A DNA stretch of 64,000 nucleotides, from the NCBI GenBank assembly GCA_951406725.2, contig OX597815.1:65286001-65350000 (forward strand). Reading direction: 5' to 3'. The stretch comes from Octopus vulgaris. Taxonomy: Eukaryota. Under the pieces are notes generated by a model. It saw only the letters and a list, made by a program, of their open reading frames with translations, was not told the origin of the DNA and searched no databases. Position numbers and translations under genes: made by a program. Below are positions 28,150 through 40,597 of this stretch, piece after piece (position 1 is the stretch's first letter; the number at the start of each line of letters is the position of its first letter).

Positions 28150-29402
28150 AGAAGTATCTTTAGTTTAGCAAGGATGAATTTAAGAGCAAAATATTCACAT
28201 CACTAATAAGAGACCTACTCTATTATGATGACTGTAACCTTAGCAGTCATACAAAGCATGAACGACAATCATTAATTTCTGCATTTGATCTGATGTGTGA
28301 TATCTTTAGTCTGACTATAAATTTAAAGAAAGCAGTAATTTTATCTCAACTGCTTCTGGTCAAGTTGTGCAGCAACCTAGAATATATGTAAAGAGTAATT
28401 TTAAGGTTGTTGAATTTTTCATGTACTTTGGGGGTGTAGTGAATAAAATGGAACATTGGATTTGGAAATATCTCTAAGGTTTCAAAAGGCAGGAAAGACT
28501 TTTGTTAGCGTATAGTCTCAACTCTGCTCACAAAGACATATCAATGAAACAAAAATATCTGTTTATAAATCCTTTGTGTTATTTCCTCTTCTTTACTCTT
28601 CTGAAACTAGTCCAAACTTCACTTTGGATTCCTGGAACCATTCCCTCAAAAATGCATATGCTGTGTTCTGAAAATAAAATGGAAATCATCTGGTATTTGT
28701 TCCATCCAGGCAATAGTTTTAAAAAAATCAACTGCAATTGTCTGAACATATTGTCTGCTTGGCTGACTAGTGTATCCCTAAGCAATTGCTTTTATGTTCA
28801 AAGAAAAAGGAAACAGTGTAGGTCAAATAATTAAAAAAATGTTTAAGGATGCACTGAAGGAGAATTTGAAGAATGTAGGAATTGATAAAAAAAACCTGGT
28901 AAGTCTCACAGCAGATCACTCTACCTAACAGTCAAAGATATAGGATAGTGTAAAAACTTTTGAGCAAAACAGACTTATACAGGTAAATATTAAGAGGGGG
29001 AAAATACAGCCAGAAAGGGAATATGAACTTAGTGAAGCATTTTCTTTTGGTACATTTTGTGGGAAAATCTGTCTCTCTGAAGCTGGATTTAAATCTTATA
29101 TAACAGCATACAATAGGCCAATTCATGCTGATTGTACAACACACCTATCAGTTCACCCTTATCTATGCCATACATGCCACAGCATCTGCAAATCTAAAGG
29201 TAATCTGCAGAACCATTTTAAGATTCAACAAGATCAGACACCACAGACAGTTCAAGCTGTACCAAAACTAAAACTTGCAACTTATGTGAACATCTTTTTA
29301 AAAGTATGTCTAGTCAAAATAGCCACATAAGATCTTATGTCACAAATTACCACCAAGTACATGGAGGAGATCAAGCTTTGTATTGAGCAGACAACCATCA
29401 TA
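28150..29402 (+). mobile_element. Old RTE/BovB-like LINE 3' portion with C-terminal C2H2-like fingers
   Basis: VVEFFMYFG, VYKSFVLFPLLYSSET, KCICCVLKIKW, FKDALKENLK, then three degenerate C2H2 motifs at 29049-29340. Confidence 0.68.
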
Positions 29403-29479
29403 CATACATGTATGTGTGTGTGTATGTGAGCCTGTGTGTGTAACCCATGCTAGCATGGAAAACGGATGTTAAATGATGA

Positions 29480-29511
<32 letters not shown>

Positions 29512-29512
<1 letters not shown>

Positions 29513-30060
29513 AATTAAGATAGGGGTTGTAAATGCAACCCTCCATGGGATAACATATATCCAATATACTGCTAGTGAAGTACCCAACAAAGTTAATACA
29601 TAAATGTTAATGATTGCGATGCAATCAATTCATTTACTGTATTATATGGCAAAGGTAAAATGATTTACCACAAATTACTAATACAAGATAAGAAAATGGA
29701 GAAATGCATCTAAATCAAATATCAATTACACGATAATACTCAATCACATACTTTATTAAACCACCACATAAGAGGTTACATATAAAAAGCAGAACAAATC
29801 AGTGTACATACAGTAGTGTACATAAAAAAGTGTACATAAAAGAGTAATGATGTATAATAAGTAGAATATATATAAAAGAGAATATAAATATAAGTAAATA
29901 TAAATATAAGTATAGATTACATCTTACAGCTGTTTCGGCCATGTAGATAAGTATGTCTCATTTTACCAATATTAGCCTTTTATGGTAGGTCAATATATAG
30001 ATATAAATGAGACATTTACAAAAATATCATAAGGCCTCTTCGGAGATTATTTAATATAAA
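29512..30060 (-). mobile_element. Penelope-type terminal repeat (same family as 33591-34497)
   Basis: gataggggttg..ccatgggataacatatatccaatatactgctag is the reverse complement of about 34435-34495; contains a hammerhead. Confidence 0.75.
29921..30047 (-). ncRNA. Type I hammerhead with U4C change and long stem II
   Basis: aucu-CCGAAGA-GGCC..GGCC-GAAAC-AGCU-GUA-agau. Confidence 0.72.
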
Positions 30061-30646
30061 TCAGTCTACATATATATCCACATGGGTGTGGGTACATTCC
30101 TATAATACAACATATAGATATACATATGAGTGCATATACTCACACTCCTATACATATTAAAATATACATATACATAATGATATAAATAAATAATATAAAT
30201 TAGTAAACATATATATGTTCCACACTCAACGTCTCAGTTTTTCGACTTAATATTGTGATAATAAACATACACATATTAGTACCTAGATGCAAATATACAT
30301 AGGCAATAGTACAATATATTACTTCATACTAATTTCTAAAGTGTCATTGAAGTTAGCATCATTATCGTTGTCAATACAATAAATGTTACCATTATTATCA
30401 TTCATAATATTATTAATAACGCTGAAGTTAAATATATTTTCAATCATAGAGTCACCAATGGTTTTGCATCCATAGAACATATATTTAACTTCATGCTGCT
30501 CTAACTTTTAGAGTGCTCTTTTTTTTCGGATATATGATCCACTGATGATAATGTACTGTTCCATGATGGTAAGATCAACAACAAAATATTCCATCTGGTG
30601 AGAGATAAATATTATTTAATAGATACAATACATATTCTTATGTGCT

Positions 30647-30732
30647 TGTGCCTGATGACTGTGCTGAGATGTCAGACATGTTATAAAACTTTGTTTGGCA
30701 TGCTCTCAGCACAAGAAACTATTAGTAGCACG
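30647..30732 (+). ncRNA. Type I hammerhead; predicted cleavage after A30727
   Basis: ugugc-CUGAUGA-c-UGUGCUGAGA..UCUCAGCACA-a-GAAACU-AUU-AGUA-gcacg; C.A mismatch at 10.1/11.1. Confidence 0.78.
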
Positions 30733-30765
30733 TGTATCATGTTTATTAAGTAATTTTATATATAC

Positions 30766-30830
<65 letters not shown>

Positions 30831-31257
30831 AATTTTGTTGAATTTTTATTGTAAAATTACGTATTTTTATATATAATTACATTTTCTTATAAGATAATAT
30901 ACGTACATTTATTTAATTACTTTATTGCTTTTATCTTAGACCACATGAGTGACTATATTTAAACTGAATTGATTTTATTGTTATCAATTTGTAAATATAG
31001 CCACGGAACACATGTAGTCTATTTACTAATTATATACTATTTATTTATTATTTCGTACTTTATTGAGTTCTCGGTAAATGCTTTATCGAATCTTTAATTT
31101 TTTAAATTCTATATGGTATGATTTAAGTATATCATTGTCGAATTGCTATATGGTGGTTCTTTTCTAATTCATATACATATATAATACATTGTGAAATTTG
31201 ATTTAGTATTACTAAATTGAATTTTCCCTGGTAAGTTTGGAATCATATTCCCTAATA

Positions 31258-31288
<31 letters not shown>

Positions 31289-31599
31289 AATTAGAGATAA
31301 AACCACTATAAGGCAAATCAAACAGTGAAAAACATAAACCAAAACATAGAAATAAAATTAATATAATATATAAAATATAAAATTCAAAATATAAATTATT
31401 TAAATTTAAAGTTAAAATTTTAAAAAAATTTTAAATTATTAATTTATACTTATAAATTTTATATATATATATATATTTTATTATTTTTATTTTTATTATT
31501 ATTATTATTTTAATTTTAATTTTATTTTATTTTAATTTTTTTTTTAAATACATATAACTATCAAAAAGTATTAAAAAGTTTAATATAAGATAAAGAGTA

Positions 31600-31698
31600 A
31601 AACCACTACGCTCGTTTCATGCCCATAACCTAATTCGAATAACAATAATTTAAATTCAATTAATAATTCGAATTATGGTTATAGTCAATTTTCAGGTT
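31600..31698 (-). ncRNA. Degenerate type I hammerhead (G8A)
   Basis: aac-CUGAAAA-..CUAUAACC..GGUUAUGG..-GAAAC-GAGC-GUA-guggu, within an extremely AT-rich tract (about 31290-33060). Confidence 0.55.
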
Positions 31699-31969
31699 AA
31701 TGATAATATTTAAATAAATAATCAAATTTTTTAAGAAATAAATAAAATAATAATTTTTCTTTTAAAAAACACTATTATCAAACTAGAAACTTTAACGATT
31801 ATAATTATGTCATACAATCGATTATGATGTTAAATATTAATTTTTAAGGTAAGAAACCCACAAATAATCTAATCTCAGTAATAGTCAATATCTAAAAAAA
31901 AAAAATGACTATTCAAGTCAAATAATTATATAATATTTGAATAATAACTAAATTATCAATGAAAATATA

Positions 31970-32354
31970 TCTCTCTCTATATAAACGGCAGTTTGTCTGT
32001 GTGTGTTTCTGTGTGTCTGTTAGGTTGTACCCTCACCCTGACCACGGCTTTCAACCGATTCTGATGAAACTTGACACACACATAGCCCAATGTCATAATT
32101 CAAAACTAACGCAGCGAAAATTTTGAAAAGTTCCCCCAGTTCTGAAAAAGATCGATAAATTCGACATGGGGTCGACAATCAGAAACACAAACCACAGATG
32201 GTCTAGGAGACGCAACTCGACCTTTTTAACTATCAAAAAAAAATTTACCATCATTTTTTTCCCATTTTTTTGCTATTTTTTGGCTATAACTCTCTAAAAA
32301 TGCTTTATAGTTATTTCCCTTACAAACCCGAGCAACGCCGGGCGATACTGCTAG
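31970..32354 (+). mobile_element. Non-autonomous Helitron (about 385 bp)
   Basis: A|TC start, CTAG|T end. The last about 45 bp are identical to 9298-9692 but the 5' body is different. Confidence 0.88.
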
Positions 32355-33125
32355 TAAATGTATATAAATAAATATAAGAATTAAGATCTAAAATTATCTC
32401 TATCAATAAATGTATATGCACGTATAATAAAGACCTAATAAATTAATTATTCATTATTACTTAAAAATATATTAAAAGATTAAAGATGAAAAAGCTAATT
32501 GTAAACAAACAAACAAACAATCTTAAAAGAACGCTATAACTAATTAACGATCCATATATCTCGTTGGCTAACTGATAACTTACAAAAACCGTATAGTTAA
32601 GAAACTAAAATGAAATAATAAAATACTTAATGAAATAATCAATCCGTAGTTATACCGTAGTTATATAGTATCCAATAAATACTACGAATATATTTATCAA
32701 TGGAAAAAATATTACAACCAATTATCAATTTTAAAAAAAGCAATATATAAGTTATAATAACAATTATAAAAAATTTTAAATAACTATCAACAAATATAGT
32801 TATTTAAGACTAAAATTTATGCTATCAATACATGTAAATACATGAAACCTAACTTTAAAAAAACTCGTATAACTGTTAACGATCTATATATCTCTTTAGC
32901 TAAGTAAAGTCTTACAAATAAACGTAGAGTTAAAATCTAATAATTATATAGAAAAAACTACGATAAATAGATCATTACATAACAATCAATATTTATATAA
33001 AATACAATATTATACAATAAGACTTATTAAAATGTTTAAATTTAAAAATTTTTAAATCTTAAATATGAATATATACTTAGCTTTGCGAGGTTTTGTGATG
33101 TATATTTATGTATGTATATATGTAC

Positions 33126-33173
<48 letters not shown>

Positions 33174-33207
33174 GTATATATATGTATATATATGTATATA
33201 TATGTAT

Positions 33208-33553
33208 CCGGGATCCGGGACCCCCTTCGGTCACGACACTGACCATGGGATTGCACCTAGAAAGTTTCCCTCCTAGTCACAAGTCTGGGCATGGTTGTTT
33301 ATGGAAGACCAGCAGTCGCCCATGCATACCGGCCTCCCCTCTCCACGCCACCAGTGTTATCCAAGGGAAAGGCAAAGGCCGATACAGCTTGGCACTCGTG
33401 ACGTCACAACTCATTTCTACAGCTGAGTGAACAGGAGCAATGTGAAATAAAGTGTCTTGCTCAAGAACACAACACGCAGCCCGGTCCAGGATTCGAGCTC
33501 ACAACCTCACGATCGTAAGCTCGATGCTCTAACCACTGAGCCATGCGCCTTCA
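33208..33553 (-). mobile_element. tRNA-derived CORE-type SINE (family B)
   Basis: Minus strand: tggctcagtgg (A box), gctcgaatcc (B box), gtgttgtgttcttgagcaagacacttta (CORE-like). Homologue at 50165-50467. Confidence 0.87.
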
Positions 33554-33768
33554 CATATATGTATATATATGTATATATATATATATAAGTTTAGAAAATG
33601 GAGAAACATACTTAAATCAATAAAACATCAACTATCAGATGATACCCAAACATTACTTTATTACACCATTACATATCAGTAAAGGCATTATACAAAATAT
33701 ACAGTAAATGTAAATAGACAAAGAGATATAAGTATAAAATTTCAAATATAATATGTAATTAAATCATA

Positions 33769-33878
33769 TCTGACAGCTGTTTCGGCAGCGAGGGCAGTCA
33801 TACCTCATTTAACCTATAAGCCATAAAGGCAGGTATAAATGAGGCATTAACAAGGATGCCCCGCGGCCTCTTCAGAGA
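33769..33878 (-). ncRNA. Type I hammerhead, intact core
   Basis: ucu-CUGAAGA-GGCCGCGGGGCA..UGCCCUCGCUGCC-GAAAC-AGCU-GUC-aga. Confidence 0.85.
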
Positions 33879-34036
33879 ATTAAATTTGTTATAATTGTGA
33901 AAAAAATTATTTTTCCATATACATATAAATATAAAAATATAAAAATGTTACATTTTTTTATATTTTACATTTTTATATTTTTATATTTATATGTATATGG
34001 AAAAATAATTTTTTTCACAATTATAACAAATTTAAT

Positions 34037-34145
34037 TCTCTGAAGAAGCATGGGGCATCCTTATTAATGCCTCATTTATACCTGCCTTTATGGCTTATAG
34101 GTTAAATGAGGTATGACTGCCCTCGCTGCCGAAACAGCTGTCAGA
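34037..34145 (+). ncRNA. Type I hammerhead, base of stem II mutated
   Basis: ucu-CUGAAGA(34040)-AGCAUGGGGCA..UGCCCUCGCUGCC-GAAAC(34131)-AGCU-GUC-aga. Confidence 0.75.
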
Positions 34146-34498
34146 TATGATTTAATTACATATTATATTTGAAATTTTATACTTATATCTCTTTGTCTAT
34201 TTACATTTACTGTATATTTTGTATAATGCCTTTACTGATATGTAATGGTGTAATAAAGTAATGTTTGGGTATCATCTGATAGTTGATGTTTTATTGATTT
34301 AAGTATGTTTCTCCATTTTCTAATTTTGTAGTATTAATTTACGGTAATATTATTACCTTTACCCATATAATACAATAGATGAACTGATTGTTTGGCAATT
34401 TTTAACATCTATGTATTAGTCTTGTTGGGTACCTATCTAGCAGTATATTGGATATATGTTATCCCATGGTGGGTTGAATTTTCAACCCCTATCTCATT

Positions 34499-34540
<42 letters not shown>

Positions 34541-34542
<2 letters not shown>

Positions 34543-34953
34543 CTTTTATTCATTTACTTGTTCTAGTCATTTGACTGCAACCATACTGGAGTACTGCCTT
34601 GAAGGCTCCTAGTCAAACAGATCGACCCCAGGACTTACTTTTTAAGCTTAGTACTTATTCTATTGGTCTCTTTGTCGAACCACTAAGTTACGGGGATGTA
34701 ATCACACCAACACCAGTTTTCAAGCAGTGATAGGGAGACAAACACAGACACAAAGACACAGACATGCATACATACATATCGATATATACAATAAGCTTCT
34801 TTCAGTTTCCATCTACCAAATCCACTCACAAGGCTTTGGTTGGCCCAAGGATATAATAGAAGACACTTGCCCAAGATACCACGAAGTGGGACTGAACCCA
34901 GAAACTATGTGGTTGGTAAGCAAGCTTCTTACCATACAGTCATGCCTGCACCT
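34541..34953 (-). mobile_element. Full-length family A SINE
   Basis: Collinear with 19397-19818. Confidence 0.87.
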
Positions 34954-35826
34954 ACATATATATGTGTGTGCGTGTATATGTATATATATATGTATGTATG
35001 TATGTATATATGTATGTATGTATGTATGTATGTTTGTATGTACGTATGTATACTTATATACACAGAGATGAATAAGAGAAAATGGATTGAATGACATTCT
35101 TTATTCCATATCACTACGATTGTTTTCACACATCATCACGTCTATAGTGCATTGGTGAAATGTTATAATTAACATATCACATAATCACTATCATCCATGA
35201 AAGGTGTAACGTGTTTTCCTACAGGTGATTATTTTGAATAAGCCCTTTGTTAGATCAGACTGTCATTTCACTCTATAACGACCCAAAAGCAGTGTACTAT
35301 TTTCTGCAATTTGCACACAAAACAAAACCCATAGATAAAAAGACAGATAAAACAAAAGTATGATCAAAATGCAAAAATAAACAATAAAAAGAAAAAAAGA
35401 CCCCCATGTTCTGTAAACTATAAAATAACAGAATATTAGGAAGAAAAAAAACAATATAAAGAATGAAATTAAACATTTAGAGATAATAATGTGATAAGGA
35501 GATAAGGATTGACCATTTCCATGCTTGTCAGTTATTTATTTGAAAGGAATGTAAAGTACCTGATCTCTGCTATAACAAAAGAATCGGTTATGGATGAGCT
35601 CTGTTATAGAATACTACATGGTTTTTATGCAAATCTTATTCAACTCTGTGTGTGTGTGTGTATGCGTTTGGTTCCAATATAGGTAGGATCAACCAAAAAA
35701 AGTAGCCCGTTTAGTGAGAGATAAACATCATTTAACACACATAATTACAAAAGAGCTACTAATACTTTCATCCTTTAAGATACATTAAATCAACTTATGA
35801 GGTGAGAGCACTAAGTGATGTGTATA

Positions 35827-36280
35827 AATGCAATGTTATTACCATTTCGAATATGCCAGTGGTACGTTCAAACTTGTAAGCAAGCCATTCACTGTGTTTT
35901 GTCATGGAGAAAATTTCTTGCTGTAGACAAATGGTGTAAATACACCTAAATCAGCTTGCAGCACCACCTATCCAGACTGTGATATACAAGCATTTTGAGG
36001 TTATCTCCTCTTCAGTCATAGAAACTGGATGGTGGTGCTGTGAGCTAATGAGAGAGACAATCTCTCTTATGTTACTCTTGTCATCATATGCTGGCTGATA
36101 GTGCTAATCATAGCTACCAGCATCTCACAGTCTGCATAGGTGGTGCTGTGAGCTGATTTAGGTGTATTTACACCATTTGTCTACAGCAAGAAATTTTCTC
36201 CATGACGAAACACAGTGAATGGCTTCTTTGCAAGTTCGAACATGCCACTGGCATATTTAAACAGGTAATAGCATTGCATT
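35827..36280. repeat. Foldback with arms of about 155 bp (35827-35982 and 36125-36280)
   Basis: catggagaaaatttcttgctgtagacaaatggtgtaaatacacctaaatcagct occurs with its exact reverse complement. Confidence 0.92.
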
Positions 36281-37870
36281 AGATTAACATGCCGTGTACC
36301 GTCATGCAATTTCTCCAGTTCAGTTCATACACTAGATGTATTTAATAACTAGGATGCTGGACTATGAGAAAACATGGGGAAAAATGAGAAGAAAAATCCC
36401 TAGAAGAAAAAAAAACTGAAGGAGGTTGATGCAAAAAGAGAAACAAGAAAGAAAAGAAAATTAAGTAAACCAAGAGCCTTATTCTCTTTGACTGCAGAAA
36501 TCATAATGTAGATGGTGCAAAATAAAACAACAGAAAGGCGGCCAAAGTCTGTGAGTTAGCTATTCAACCTGGAGTTCAACCTTCAGTTTAACAAAGGAAA
36601 CTTGTGCATGTGCTTGCATTTGCTAAAAATTTTGAATCTGGAATTAAGTAGTGTGGTGGAATTCTTGGACCTAAAAAGAATGGGCAATCTTTCAACTATG
36701 CATAACTTTTATCTCTTTCATCCATTTAAATGTACATTTCTCCATGATTCTCTGCTTGATTGTATGTGGTGTGTAGTTGGTCTTCAGACCCCCATACATG
36801 GCTAGCCAACTTAGTGGCCTTATTTTTATCAATGTCAGAAAGATGAGTGGTGGTTTGCTTAATGGCTTTTAAAATTGCCTTAGCATAGACCAATGTAATT
36901 CCTTTTCTCAATTATATTGTCTTGGAGCACTTCTGTAACTTCAGCTTTATATTCCATGCTTTTCATATGCAAGCCAGTGGGGCTCACTCTGAGCACTCTA
37001 ATTTTTTCACAGTGAACATACCGGCTGCCTTAGACACTCAGCAAAGATCACCCTCAGAGGAACACACCAGATCAAGCAAGCAAGTTTCAAAGTCTCAAAA
37101 GTTACAACTAGGAGTTAGTTCTTGATGTGACTTATGAGTGATAATGTCCTTCATATTGGGTAGCAGCTGTTGGAAATCTTTACCATGCACCTATTAGAAA
37201 TCTTCCTGTATTTATGTGATTTACTGGGAAATGCTTATTTAATGATACAAGGAATTTCTTGTCTATGTTAGTTTTAACATTTAAGGAAAAAGGTGGAGTG
37301 AACCATATTATTTTCTTAGGTCTATTTCTAGGCTTCATATTTTTAACTGAGGGGTTATAGGCTATCTTATCTTTGAATCCATTGTCAACTAGAGCATATA
37401 GTAGGGGGCTGCTTTATAGAAATTTTCCCTTGGAGAGGATACATTAAATATCTTATTACTGATGTTGGCTATTAGGTTTTTAAACACAATAGGAGGGGCA
37501 TGACAGAACTGTTTATGTACACATGTGAGCTTCTCATTTGATTCATGATGAGGTTTATATTATAAGAGCATGAGTGTTAGTGTAGGGAAGCATCTAAGAA
37601 ATCAACTTTGGACAAATTAGTAGGTATGGTTTCTAGAGTCAAAGAGAATGAAGATCTTGGTTTATTTTACTTTTCTGTCCTTACTTCTTGTTTCACTTTT
37701 TCCATCAATTGTTTTTCTGCTCATTTATTTTCTTCTTGCTTTTTCTCATGTTTTTGATCATAGTCCAGCATCCTGGCTTTTATATTATATAACGTATGAA
37801 ATTAGCCTGATAAGGAGAAACAATGCATGTTATATAAATCAGCCAATTTAATGTATTTTAAACATGAAAC
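35827..37870 (-). mobile_element. Decayed 5'-truncated Penelope-like element: RT thumb/linker plus GIY-YIG endonuclease
   Basis: Minus strand 37570 to 37130: VHKQ..HAPPIVFKNL..KIIWFTPPFSLNVKTNIDKKFLVSLNKHFP. 36960 to 36595: EYKAEVT..NYIGLC*GNFK..ANHHSSF..ATKLASHVW..LNSR..FSKCKH. About 37625-37780 is an inverted homologue of about 36345-36505. Confidence 0.82.
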
Positions 37871-37991
37871 TATTAGTAGCTCTTTTGTAATTGTGTGTAT
37901 ATTAAATTACACACACACACACACACACTCATATTTTCATTTATATATTTTTCATTTATTAAGTAATGGAGCACAACACACACCGAATTTA

Positions 37992-38026
<35 letters not shown>

Positions 38027-38027
38027 G

Positions 38028-38085
<58 letters not shown>

Positions 38086-38689
38086 TATATATATATACAT
38101 ATATATATGCATATATATACATATATACTTATACATATGCATAAGAATAAAGACATTTGTATTACATTATTAATCAGTTATAACCATTTCAATAATCAAT
38201 GGGATAGTTATATCAATCAACATGCTGCATAATAAATACAAAAATTATGCAATTCCTTGCAATATTAAAAAAATCCTGCTAGTCATCTCATCTTGACTTT
38301 TATATATATATCCATGTATATAAATTGCTTGTTTATTTGTTACCAATGCACTCCAAGACCAATAAAGCAATCATGTTCAAACTTGGCATGAAAGGTCCTT
38401 AGACTCAGGTATAGGTTGTCTTCCAATTTGGACTTTATTCTTTTAAGGGACAGGAGATAGTCCTCCTTCAACGAAAATTTGGCAAACATCAGTGATAGGG
38501 GGGGTCACATAAGTTGGAATTATGTATGTGTGTATATGTATGTATGCATGAGCACCCATGTATATGTACGTGGGTGCGAGCATACATATGTCATTATACC
38601 TTCTTTCCTCTCCTGACTCCAACCTATCACACTAACCTATTGCATATGTCTATTTATAGAAATTTTGACATCCTTGTATTCTTCCCTCT

Positions 38690-38951
38690 GTGGGATGACG
38701 TCAGCAGCTGGACGTCAGCAGCCGGGTGCGTTGACCGGAAGCTGGGGCAATTGGAAGGGGTCAGCCGTCAGGTGTGCGCAGGGAGCGGGGAATTGCGCCC
38801 TTTCCAACGTGGGTCGTGCAGGTGACAAGACGTGTGAGGACGTCGCTAAGGGTTTGGGCTAGCAGCTGCTATCGTTAGTGTTCGGGTCGGGGCTGTGTGG
38901 AAGGACTAGTCACCGCTGGAGGGTCTCCGTCACTAAGAAGAGAAGGTAGGT
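38690..38951 (+). promoter_or_regulatory. CpG/GC-rich island with CRE, ETS and NRF1-like motifs ending at a possible splice donor
   Basis: TGACGTCA 38696, GGACGTCA 38710, ACCGGAAG 38734, TGCGCA 38775, AAG|GTAGGT 38946. Confidence 0.4.
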
Positions 38952-39816
38952 GCCTCTATATTCAAATCGCGCAGACACTACACCCTCCACTTTAAATTTT
39001 ACTACTAAAACTACTATTTACTTTGGTATCGCTCTGCCCATACCTTTTCTCTACCCATCCTTTAATGCAGCCCTATCATATCATCCCTACCCACATATCT
39101 CACATTTATTCACTCCTTACCTTCTCATCTCTTTCTATCCACCCCTTTATCACTCCTCTCCCATCCTCCTCTCACATTATGTTGACCACCAACTAACACT
39201 CCTTTTCTCACCACTGTCACCCTTTCTTTATTTTTTCTTCCCTGTCCCTCTTCTTTTCTCTCTCTTTTTATTATCATTACTCTTTTATCCTTTTTCTTTT
39301 TTCTCTCTTTCTTCCTCTCATTTTCCCTTCTTCTCTTCATTTTGACCTATCTCCTCATTCTAATCATACTCATCTCTCCCTCCTCCGTCTATCCCCAAAT
39401 ACTACAAATACATTCTCAAATTTTCATTCACACCACAAAACCCATTCGAATGGGCAACACAGAATCCATGGCTCCATACTTTGAAATGACTAAACACAAA
39501 CTATTATCGAAACTTACATACCATGCACAGGAAACTTTTATACCCATTCTATACACCACTTTACTCGAATAATGGAATAATTTTACCTTCATTCTCTTAT
39601 TTCCCTCTGTTTTCCCTCTTTTCCCTCCTCCTTTTCCATAATAATTTCCTTATTTTGAACTCAAATATTTACCTCTCTCCTCATTGTCTCTGATGAAGGG
39701 ATATCCACAATATCCCAAAAACACCTGTAAGACTATATCTCTCAAAATGAAATATATACATGTGTGTGTGTGTGTGTGCATGTATTTATATATTATACAT
39801 ACATATATATATTTAT

Positions 39817-40587
39817 CATCAAGCCTTCTTATTATTATTGTTTCCCCATATATTGGCGTTATCGTTGTCTTTCGTCTCAAATGCTAGCTGAAGCATATAA
39901 ACTTTCATTTACAAAAACTTCGCAAAAACATCTCGTCTCAAATTTGGTCTTTCTTTCTGTCGCTAAATTCTCTAACCCATCTTTTCCCAACTTCCACTCA
40001 TAGAAACTTATGCACACGATCGCAAAGCATTCCATCTCAAATCCTGTCTTTCTTTCTGCCGCCTAAAAATCTCATCTTCTCCCATTGCGCGGTGTCGTTT
40101 TGTCCCTCTGTTATCACTATGTCTCTCTCTCTCTCTCTCTCTCTCGCTATGTGGTGTCGGTTTCTCCCTCTGTTATCACTGTCTCTCTCTCTCTCTGTAT
40201 ATATATCTCGCCTTCACTCGCTTCCACAGGCTTAGCCAATACGCAGGATGAAAAATATCAGCTAAGTCCTGTTCCTTCTTTTCATTGTTTTTGCAAGTAT
40301 CATCATCACCATCAAGCCTTCTTATTATTATTGTTTCCCCATATATTGGCGTTATCGTTGTCTTTCGTCTCAAATGCTAGCTGAAGCATATAAACTTTCA
40401 TTTACAAAAACTTCGCAAAAACATCTCGTCTCAAATTTGGTCTTTCTTTCTGTCGCTAAATTCTCTAACCCATCTTTTCCCAACTTCCACTCATAGAAAC
40501 TTATGCACACGATCGCAAAGCATTCCATCTCAAATCCTGTCTTTCTTTCTGCCGCCTAAAAATCTCATCTTCTCCCATTGCGCGGTG
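39817..40587 (+). repeat. 278-bp direct duplication (39817-40094 and 40310-40587)
   Basis: Both copies run catcaagccttcttatt..cccattgcgcggtg with no difference noticed. Confidence 0.93.
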
Positions 40588-40597
40588 CGCCCGCCCT

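Larger units (their letters stand above)
33591..34497. mobile_element. Penelope-type terminal repeat forming a 733-bp palindrome (33591-34323; arms about 357 bp, spacer about 18 nt)
   Basis: 33591-33948 is the reverse complement of 33967-34323 with few differences; the right arm continues to 34497. Confidence 0.88.

Noticed and set aside
33465-33553. tRNA-like sequence on the minus strand
   Set aside because: It is a SINE head that continues into a CORE-like body and has other copies; not a tRNA gene.
38270-38510. CTAG end and aaacttggca motif suggestive of old Helitron remnants
   Set aside because: No hairpin or matching termini could be established.
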